A DNA stretch of 60,425 nucleotides, the filler included, from Squatina squatina (lineage: Eukaryota), in assembly GCA_031763465.1 (NCBI GenBank). It is 4 parts of 3 records of this genome, joined end to end, with 100 filler letters (N's around TTAATTAATTAA, not from the genome) between each part and the next. Parts side by side here need not be neighbours in the genome. Positions count along the whole stretch, not along the records: positions 42,869 to 60,425 come from JARFOE010000004.1; 3 more parts are not named here. One strand, written 5' to 3'. The notes under the pieces are model-generated. The model did not search any database. It was not told where the DNA came from and saw nothing but the letters and a program-made list of their open reading frames with translations. Of this stretch, positions 50,824 through 60,425 are shown piece after piece. Numbering within the stretch: the stretch's first letter is position 1; each line of letters opens with the position of its first letter. The position numbers and the translations under genes were made by a program.

Positions 50824-52249
50824 CTATTTTATTTACTATAAAATAACAGCATCAGGCTGAAACATTCAGAAGACAAAACTCATTTGTAGTTATTCATTAT
50901 CAAAAATGTTATTCCGAATTAAGTTAGCTCAGATTGATGCAACGTCCCATATGCCATGATACAGATAAATCAGGATGGAGCCACAACATACATACAAAAA
51001 GGAAAATGCATGACTTTAAAGTACAAATTGTTATTTGAAATAAGGTGAAATAATATAATTATATAGTCAGATCAAATTGGAAGGAATTATGGTCACTATC
51101 ATCCCAAAGGGTGTCTATTAATGAGCATCTCACGGTCACTTAATGCCCAATAGCTATATATGACAGCCTTTTTCATTCTTCCAGCATCAACATGCCACTT
51201 GGATAAGCCCAGGTTATCAACAGGGAAAAAAGAGCAAAACCCTTACAAATATTTAGAACATTTTTGATGTCACCATTTTAGTTGTATGGCTTTCCCTAGC
51301 CATATTAAAGGTGTGCTTCTATTGCAAACTTACCCATAGTATATTTAAGTATTGTGAGCGTGAATGCTTCTGCTTGTGGGGTGGCTATACATTAAAAATT
51401 CAGTGGCTGTGAGTGTAGCCTTGCATCTGCACGTTAGCAGGCTGTATAAAGCAGGTGCTGGCAGCTGTGAGATGGTCATGCAGTATAACTGCACCGTCTT
51501 TCCTCATTTAAGTGGCTTCTTTATGATGCTATTCCACATGCTTAGGATCTCCTGTTTGCTCTCTCGAGATATAGTAAACAACTCTACGGTAATTGGTGTG
51601 ATAACTACTGCAGTCCAAAGTTTTCAGCAATGTTCTTTGTGCTATTTGCCCATTTTTATTCTGTTTGTAATGTGCCGTACCATTAAACCATCAAATTGTC
51701 ATAAGCCAGTATGTTGAGATTGCGAGATTTTCTCCTTGGAAACCGAGTGCNNNNNNNNNNNNNNNNNNNNNNNNNNNNNNNNNNNNNNNNNNNNNNNNNN
51801 NNNNNNNNNNNNNNNNNNNNNNNNNNNNNNNNNNNNNNNNNNNNNNNNNNTCCTATGTATGTCATATGACCTCGATTAACATACTAGAATTAGGCTCGCA
51901 CCTGTAACAAGTGGGCATCTGGACTGATCATGCGGAGGCCCCTGGGTGGGAACGGGTCAGTAAATATAGCCAGTAATTTTTGTGGTACTACCAACCATTC
52001 TTGCTTGTGTAGGGAGGTCCAATTGACCCCTTGATATTCTGATTTAGGATTTACGCAGCAATGATGCAACACCTCTTTGCGTAGTCCTTTCCAAAACTTG
52101 AGGTGCACAAAATCCCTCAAAAATTAAATTTGTATATTTAAGTGCAAACAGAACTGAGTTGCCTGGGCTTTGAGGGCCAGATTCCTGGGCTTGGGACCTA
52201 GGACTGATGGTTAGGTACCACCGACCTGAAAAAAACATCAACAGCTGAC

Positions 52250-52405
52250 ATCAATTTAACATCTCAATCAAAAGACAACATTACTGTTGATGCAGCACAC
52301 TCTCAGCACTGCACTGAAATGTTAGTCTAGATTATGTATTCAAGTACTGGAGCTGGGCTTCAACTCATAACCTCCTAACCCAGAGAAGGAAGTGTTACCA
52401 ACTGA
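52250..52405 (-). mobile_element. DeuSINE 5' fragment, antisense
   Basis: Reverse complement: TCAGTTGGTAACACTTCC...GAGTTGAAGCCCAGCTCCAGTACTTGAATACATAATCTAGACTAACATTTCAGTGCAGTGCTGAGAGTGTGCTGCATC. Confidence 0.7.
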
Positions 52406-53544
52406 AGTTCCTTCATACAGTCAGTGCTAAATAACTCAACAAATTGAGTTCCTCCATGAGACCATCAGTACTCACATTTTTTCTTTGAATTTAGAAATGA
52501 ACAAGAGTGTAAAAATAATTATATTTGGAATTAAACCTAAATGGGGTCCTGAGGGCAAGCAACCCTCTTTAATAAATCACAGTTGAACAACGTGCAGAAC
52601 ATCTCACGAATGTCATGAGGCAATCAAACTCTCTGAAACAAGCGTTCCTTTTGTATTTTACATTCATTATGCTGCTTTCTTCGGAAAATATTATACTTAG
52701 TGTGAGAAGTTGTTCCTTTCATTAATAATAATGACAGCACTATGTTATTGTCAAGCATATACTTGCCATAGCTTTACTGTCTTCTTGTACACAGGTTTAG
52801 CAAGAGTTGTGTTCTGGATGTGCTACAAAATACAGTTCCATGATGCATTTTACTTGTCATATTTGGTTATGCTTGAAAGTTTGGCCATGTTGGATAAATG
52901 ACTAAGCCGTGGGCTAAGATATTTATAAAGTAGCACGGGGCTTTGATGCCAAGTACACTTGTGCATAATGAATGTTATAGCTATCACACAGTACCTTAGA
53001 GACCGGCACAACTAAGGATCTAATGAAAATGAGGCTATGTAATTCTGAATACTTTTACAATAGAGTGAGTTGAGATCCTTCTCTCGCAGATTCCTTCTCA
53101 CTTTTCTAGTTAATTTCTCTTATCCAATCACATCCACACTCTGCCTGCCTAACACACTGTTACTTGGGTTTGCCTACTTTCATAACTAATTTTTTTAGCA
53201 AAAGCAAGGATCTTCAGTTCCTCAATTTACTTCCTGAAATCAGTGCCCCTTACTTTATATTTCTCAATTCTATCACCTTTTTCCAGTTTAAAAATAAACA
53301 CAATTTTTGGGCATTTTTTCAATATTTCAAATATTTTTGGAAATTTTCTTATTTTGAAATTCCAGCATTTACTTTTATTCTTGCCAAATTCTACTTCATT
53401 GCTCCACTTTTAGGTAGCTTTTTCCTTTTAATTGTACTGTTAATTTTCTTTGTTTTCTTTGTTTGGAGATGATAAAACTCCTTTCCCTCCTTGCATCATA
53501 AATTCCACAGCTGAAAGGTTGGACAGCCACTCTGTTCAGCCACT

Positions 53545-53651
53545 CCTACATTACAACAGTAACTAAACCCCAAAAGTACCTTATTGGCTATAAAGTGCTT
53601 TGAGATGTCTGGCAGTAGTGAAAGGTGCAATATAAATGCAAGTCTTTCTTT
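53545..53651 (+). mobile_element. SINE/L2-type 3' tail
   Basis: CCTACATTACAACAG...ATTGGCTATAAAGTGCTTTGAGATGTC...GTGAAAGGTGCAATATAAATGCAAGTCTTTCTTT. Confidence 0.7.
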
Positions 53652-53877
53652 CAATGCCACTCTTGCGTCTACTTTCTGTTTGATGTGGTTTTAAAGGTGG
53701 TGCAATGCAGTCCAATTTACTACTTTGTGAGGGTAAGTTCAATTTCAATGGGGGCGCAAAATAGGTGTTACCATATTNNNNNNNNNNNNNNNNNNNNNNN
53801 NNNNNNNNNNNNNNNNNNNNNNNNNNNNNNNNNNNNNNNNNNNNNNNNNNNNNNNNNNNNNNNNNNNNNNNNNNNNN

Positions 53878-54854
53878 TAGTATGGCTTTTTAACATGACC
53901 ATCAGAGGATCTAGACTTCTTCTCATCTCCGACATGATGCCTTGGAATTTGATCTGACGTGTCTCTCTTTGCAGCTTCCATGGCCATTTTTTCTCTCATC
54001 GCCTTAGCCCTCTCTGTTTCCAGAGCAATGGCCTTTTCTAACAGAGTCAAGTTTCCCTTGGTCATATCAAACACCTCCTCAGACCGTTCAGATTTGACTG
54101 AGCCAGTGTCATCATCTCTGTCATGTGATTCTTCTTCCTTAACACCAGAAGAAAAAGCTCTAGAGCGAGGACTAAGCTGTTCTTCAAGCTTCATCAGGTT
54201 AACCATATCTGAATAGTTCCGATCTGACATCCTTCTTGTGATGTCATCATCAGGTCTGTTCTGTTGACAATCACTAAAATGATGTTGCTGGTTTCTTTCC
54301 TCATGCTGACTCTCACTTAGCTTCCTAGCCAAGTCAAAACATTGGTTCCTTAGGCACTCAAGACTGCTCAGGCAAACAGCCTCATCACTTTCATCAACAG
54401 TCTTTTCCATACCATCATTGGTGGACTTGCATGATCCTAAGTTCACATTTCTAATTTCATTCTGTATTAAACCATCTATGCGACCCCTAACACTTGCATT
54501 GTCTGAAAGTACCACACCATGTCCTTGTGCCAGTAGTTTAAGGGAATCCACTGTTTCCCTAACAACATCACTGTCAACATCCAAACTCAGCTGGCAGGAG
54601 TCACTTTTATTTGTTTTTCTACCCCTGCTCCCGTTAGTGTNNNNNNNNNNTATCATCCTCCAGGCCACGTGCCGTGCTGTCACTCATTTCAGACTCTGTC
54701 ATAGCCCTACATGCTGCATCTTCAGCTATTTTGCCCAGGTTTAATAATGATTTTGCAACAAGCTCATCATAATTGTCATATTCATCATTGTTGTTATCAT
54801 CTTTCTCAATGTCCTGGTTTCTCCTGATATTATCAGATTCTTCTTGAAGGTCTT
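53878..54854 (-). CDS. MYT1L: MYT1L large internal exon (3' end lost in gap; internal 10-N gap)
   Basis: Acceptor TTGTTTTCCCATTAG; [48 protein letters not shown]...[19 protein letters not shown]...[21 protein letters not shown]...[32 protein letters not shown]...HVKKPY, all characteristic of MYT1L. Confidence 0.96.
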
Positions 54855-55629
54855 CTAATGGGAAAACAAGAAAGCAAAGCTTAATTATTGTTTTTCACCT
54901 AGAGATGAAATTATTCAATGGGTATGGTTTATTGCCATTNNNNNNNNNNNNNNNNNNNNNNNNNNNNNNNNNNNNNNNNNNNNNNNNNNNNNNNNNNNNN
55001 NNNNNNNNNNNNNNNNNNNNNNNNNNNNNNNNNNNNNNNNNNNNNNNNNNNNNNNNNNNNNNNNNNNNNNNNNNNNNNNNNNNNNNNNNNNNNNNNNNNN
55101 NNNNNNNNNNNNNNNNNNNNNNNNNNNNNNNNNNNNNNNNNNNNNNNNNNNNNNNNNNNNNNNNNNNNNNNNNNNNNNNNNNNNNNNNNNNNNNNNNNNN
55201 NNNNNNNNNNNNNNNNNNNNNNNNNNNNNNNNNNNNNNNNNNNNNNNNNNNNNNNNNNNNNNNNNNNNNNNNNNNNNNNNNNNNNNNNNNNNNNNNNNNN
55301 NNNNNNNNNNNNNNNNNNNNNNNNNNNNNNNNNNNNNNNNNNNNNNNNNNNNNNNNNNNNNNNNNNNNNNNNNNNNNNNNNNNNNNNNNNNNNNNNNNNN
55401 NNNNNNNNNNNNNNNNNNNNNNNNNNNNNNNNNNNNNNNNNNNNNNNNNNNNNNNNNNNNNNNNNNNNNNNNNNNNNNNNNNNNNNNNNNNATCTTTAAA
55501 TGTTTGCATTGCATATCAAACAACATTGAGCATGATTATTAACAAATGCATGCATAGTATAAACAATTTCTTCTAGGTAATTGAATATTAATAATAGAAT
55601 CATCAATACAGCCTACAATTTAGTATCAG

Positions 55630-56282
55630 GCCTATTGGCCTGTGATGGAACTGATAAAAGAGGGGTGCCACAATGATTGTCATGTAGGAACAACTGGGGT
55701 CTTTACAAGGCTTCCATGATCGAATCATGCGAATTCATCGCACTTGTTAAAAATAAATTTATTCTGACTTACAATACTGAAACCTAACTCATGGACTAAT
55801 GTAACTTTAGTCTGAAAATTAAAACTGGTTTTACAGCAAGTTACTACAATTATCATTAATTAGGAACAATATTTTTATTCTCCTTTTTATAAAAACAAAT
55901 AATGCACCAAACAACCATTTGGGTGCAGAAAATCAAAACGAATTCATATGCATTAGTAATACAGTTCATAATTTTCTAACTAAAACAAAAACCTCTTTGA
56001 GCTCACATGGTTGCTGTCAGACTTGCAATATTAACACATAAATAATCTCTTAGTTACCAACACTACAGTAATGACAACTGTTACCAGTGAATATTCACAG
56101 ATTTATAAAAGTCACTTGGGTGACAACGTTTTGAACTAATTGGCTTGTCATGGAGTAAAGATTAAAAAAAAGTCCCATCATGATTGGCATGTAGGAATAA
56201 GAGGTGGCTTTTATGAGGCCTCATGATCAGTTAATGAAATTCATCACGTGTTAAAAACAAGTTTATGCTGATTCACAACAAC
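55630..56282. repeat. Diverged direct duplication of about 145 bp (55630-55775 and 56138-56282)
   Basis: ATGATTGTCATGTAGGAA...AATTCATCGCACTTGTTAAAAATAAATTTATTCTGACTTACAA versus ATGATTGGCATGTAGGAA...AATTCATCACGTGTTAAAAACAAGTTTATGCTGATTCACAA. Confidence 0.8.
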
Positions 56283-56590
56283 ACAATATATTAATAATAA
56301 GAGGGTAATTTCATCAATCGCAATGAATCTGGGCCTCAGTGTTGTATCCTTTTCACCAAACCAAGCTTCTTGCAAACACAGCCCAACACAGGGAATATGA
56401 GATCAGCAAATTTATACAAACATTGAAAATAAAGTTAAGCTTCATATTTAATCTCTGCTAATCTTCAAATAATGCAAACTAAAAATGAAGACAGCTGAAT
56501 CCAAACTGAGAAAATCTTTGCTTTGACATTTAAATACTGAGCAGTGTTCAATAGTTGTTTCAATCTGTTTAATGGCAATGCAATTCATAC

Positions 56591-56729
56591 CTTGTTCATT
56601 ACTCTGATCTTCATAATCTTCATCCTCCTCATCTTCCTCTTCTAATTCGTCCTCATCTTCCTCTTCTGCTTCCACATCCTCTTCCTCCTCTTCATCTTCC
56701 TCCTGATCATCATTTTCATCAGAGTACTC
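56591..56729 (-). CDS. MYT1L: MYT1L exon, acidic tract (5' part in gap)
   Basis: EYSDENDDQEEDEEEEEDVEAEEEDEDELEEEDEEDEDYEDQSNEQ; donor AAG|GTATGA, phase 1, joins 54854 as G|AA. A possible acceptor (CCCCTCATTAG) lies just beyond the gap at 56832. Confidence 0.9.
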
Positions 56730-59700
56730 NNNNNNNNNNNNNNNNNNNNNNNNNNNNNNNNNNNNNNNNNNNNNNNNNNNNNNNNNNNNNNNNNNNNNNN
56801 NNNNNNNNNNNNNNNNNNNNNNNNNNNNNAACTAATGAGGGGTTGGTGGTGGGGGTGGGTGAGGAGATTTTTAAACATTGCTTAACGCGAGGTTGAAAGA
56901 AAACAGCTGAACTGCTGTAGCGACTACAGGGTTAAACCAACAAATACAAGTGTTTGGCAGCAAAAGCAGCATTAATGAAGTCATACATCATATAACATGC
57001 AGAACCTTACTGGATACACAGTGTGTTCAGAATTCTTTTCATTTCTAATTAAACTGCAAACTTTTGTCCTCATGAAATGAATTTAAAAAATGCAATTGTT
57101 TTAAGGATGCTGTTAACAAAAGCTTATAACCATTAAAGAAATCTCCAGTCTGTGCCTAAAAGATAAATCAAATATTTAATTCAGATACTTCTTTGTCAAG
57201 GATAATAATAGCAGATGCAGAATTACATTAATGTGGTATAGAAAAATCAGGGGAGGAAAAAAGATACTTAAAAATGGCCCTAGTACAAGCACTGCATTTC
57301 TAATAAATATCCCACAGTGCATTTTGCTGTACAGCAGCCATACATTAATTAGTGAATTCAGTGTCACTGCATTGTGTTATATGCATTCATGTGAATCTTC
57401 ATTTTTCACTTGTGGTGACTTACTAATTAACCATAAGCCTTGCAATTAAACGTAGAAAATTGTGTTAAAAACCTTAATCCATGCATGCTGCAAAAAAAGC
57501 CCACAATTTTGTATTTTATTTGCTGAATGCAAATTGGATTTCTATATTTTTATCGTGCTAACGTAGCTATGGAAATGAAGCAGCTTTTCTCTTGTAGATG
57601 ATACTCTGAGTAGTAAGGTGCAATGTTCCAGAATCTCCCTGCCAGTACCTGGCCCTAGTCCAATGCTTTTAGTGAGTGCTATCTGTCAAGGCATGAATAA
57701 NNNNNNNNNNNNNNNNNNNNNNNNNNNNNNNNNNNNNNNNNNNNNNNNNNNNNNNNNNNNNNNNNNNNNNNNNNNNNNNNNNNNNNNNNNNNNGGCAATT
57801 ATTCACCCACTGCAGCAGCCATGGCAATCAAACTGGTGGGTGAAAAGGTACACAAAATGAAAAAAAAATTTGAATAAAATATAGCAAAATAGGCCAGAGA
57901 AAATTCAATAATTCGTTATCAAGAGAGAGCAATGGCCAATTTTATATATACTCTGAGTTATTCAGTCTCGTGGCTTTATGAAAAACTATTTATAAAATCA
58001 GATTTTCATAGATTGCCAAAAATACATAGTCATTGTTGGGAAGTAATAAATTATTATTGCATAAGACAGGAAACANNNNNNNNNNGTCATATTTGAATAG
58101 ATGTTTTTGAACTGCTCATTTGAAACATCATTGTGGCATAAACACATTAAAAATTTCCACTGCAAATACTTATAGAAATAGGAACAAAGAACTTGAAAGC
58201 CATATTTTTACTGACACAAATACTGTACGTGATATCACCCAGAGCTGCAACCCTCACTTATAATAGAAACCTCTGACAAAACTAGAAAAAAATATAAAAA
58301 TAAACTGTTGGCATTAACGAAGTGCTACAAAAGCCAATCTAATGAGATACTAATATGAATTAAAATTCTATGTGGATAAATTAAATGCCCCAACATGTAT
58401 TCTTTATATAAAAGATTCCTCAGTATTAGTAAGACAGACATTATTTACAGCAGACATGAAGAGAAAAAAAATGTGGTTGCTGGAAACTGGCTTGTCAGCA
58501 TTTGGAAGAGATAGATCAGTTAAGGTTTAAGGTCCCACCCTTCGTCAGAACCCAATGAAGGATCGCACTCAGAATGCTAATTCAAGGATATTATAAGCTC
58601 TAGTTACATCAAGCACAATAACAAGACTAAATAAAATGAAAGAAGTTCTAATCAATTCACTGTGCAATTGGCTTGCCAACACAGTAGATAAGTACTAAAA
58701 AGCATTTTTTACAACTAAAAAAACCCTCTTGGGCAAACCTATGTTTAAAGAAGTCTCTAAGAATACAAGCAAGCTGCTTTAAGTTTAAGAACTGCTATGT
58801 ATAGCCATCTATTAATTTCTTTACCCTACATACCAAGAATAATTGATATTCCAGAATACTGGTAATATGTAGGTCTATTGTGGTCAGTGACTGAACTGTA
58901 AACAAAATAAATAGTGCAGGAATTTCATTTGAATTCATTTTTGCTAATGTTCATTCTTATTTGAACAAATATTACCTTAGTTGCCAAAGATTAGTGATGG
59001 TGCAATAACTGTGAGGGTAAAAGGTGCAGTGAACTAAAACTGTTGTCTTTGTCATTGCTCTACACCTCTGGAGACCTGGCTTTCAGCTCAAAACAAAGTA
59101 GAGGGAATGAAAATATTTTTCTTTTACATGGCTGTTAGAGCTATAAGAAACTAGAGTTCCAACTGATCTAGTCTACCTGAGTTAAGAATGCTTATTACTG
59201 ACATCAGGCAGCAGATACCAAACTGGGATGGACTTTTACAATTTCCATAAAACATAAAGGTTGGGTTAACTGGAGTTTTACCTCTTCCAGTAAAACTCAT
59301 ATAGAGTGAAAACTCAAATGGTGGCAGAGACTGAATTAGTCTGCTTAGTTAAGAATAAAAAAATATAGATTGAGAAAATGCCATTCAGTCCATTAAGCCG
59401 GCCCCTTCCTCAGACTAGGTAAAATCTACCCTACCATGAACTCTACCCACCCAATTAAGTTCCGAAGGGAAAGTTCATAGGTAAATACACCCTGATCTCT
59501 GTCGGCAATCTAGCAACACACAGAATATTTGTCGATGTGCACATCTCCATTATTCAATACTGTCTGACTGTCCTGCATAGACAACCACCTTTCTCCGCCT
59601 CCCAGCGCCATGAGCTCAGTAACTAGCATGCAATTTAAAGGAAGCAGCAAAATATGATGATCACAAAAATATGGAAAATCCTATAATCTAATATAATAAA

Positions 59701-60324
59701 AATGGATTTGACTTAGTCAGTCATCGTAAACCAATAAGCCTAATTATAAATGGGCAGAATCAGAGAATGTGATCCCAAATCATTGCTAAATATCCCAGAA
59801 TCCCATGTAATAAAACTAGAATTTTATTTATTGAGTTACCATGAAACAGTGACCCTGAGCATGATTATACTATCTGAATACCTGGATGAGAAGAAAGACA
59901 AAATTATTCTGAGTTTGCTCTTCATACCTATACATTCAATCCAAATTCTTGGTGAGTTTTTATGTCATTCACGCATTCAAGTTTTGATTCTTTCCTATGG
60001 GTGTAATGTGGTAGATACAGTCAGTTCCATGGCTACCACAGGAGGTATTCAGAGAAGGTATGGAGCATGTGGCTGGAGACAACATTGTATTATAGAACTA
60101 AAAAAATATACTGCACTTGTTTTGAACAGAAGCATGCTCTTTTTGTAATTCACTGCAACAAGGAATAAACATCAGTGGACCAATCACTCTGGCCATTCAT
60201 ACACATGTTCTTCTATTCTGAGCATTGGCAAGAACCTGAGAACAGGTCGCTTGACCATTCTATCAGTTGAGGTCAGTAGATGACAATAAAACATGTGATA
60301 TGATCAAACACATGAAACATAAAT

Positions 60325-60425
60325 ATTCCCCCTGGACCCACTACTGAACATCACTGACCTCATCTCCTCTGGAGATCTTCCCTCCACGGCCGCCAACCTC
60401 ATAGTTCCCCAACCCTGCACAGCCC
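60325..60425 (+). mobile_element. Penelope-like retroelement RT fragment
   Basis: ITDLISSGDLPSTAANLIVPQPCTA, the segment that precedes the RFYLLPKIHK motif in fish Penelope elements; runs off the window. Confidence 0.7.

Noticed and set aside
59045-59180. Possible LF-SINE-like head
   Set aside because: Similarity is too degraded to call by eye; needs an nhmmer search against Dfam.
59750-60148. 132-aa ORF antisense to MYT1L
   Set aside because: AT-rich with no recognisable motif; consistent with chance.

Overview
Eukaryotic genomic DNA, most consistent with a cartilaginous fish (shark-type CR1, L2, Penelope, DeuSINE and PIF/Harbinger repeats). It is a fragmented draft: most gaps are 100-N placeholders, and three artificial N44-TTAATTAATTAA-N44 spacers split the window into four blocks (1-15298, 15399-28737, 28838-42768, 42869-60425) that need not be neighbours. 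Two host genes are recognisable: coding exon 1 of CACHD1 (+, 11999-12280) and five internal exons of MYT1L (-, 43859-56729) with compatible splice phases. The rest is intronic or intergenic and transposon-rich. The most structured signal is a set of PIF/Harbinger elements with shared GGGCGCCCAATT-type termini, TAA/TTA flanks, repeated subterminal motifs, a conserved TATA+Inr/YY1 module, and decayed transposase and Myb/SANT genes. There is also a 1.6-kb satellite with higher-order structure and a 33-bp minisatellite derived from a DeuSINE. I found no convincing new multi-gene system. All family assignments come from motif recognition by eye, with no database search.
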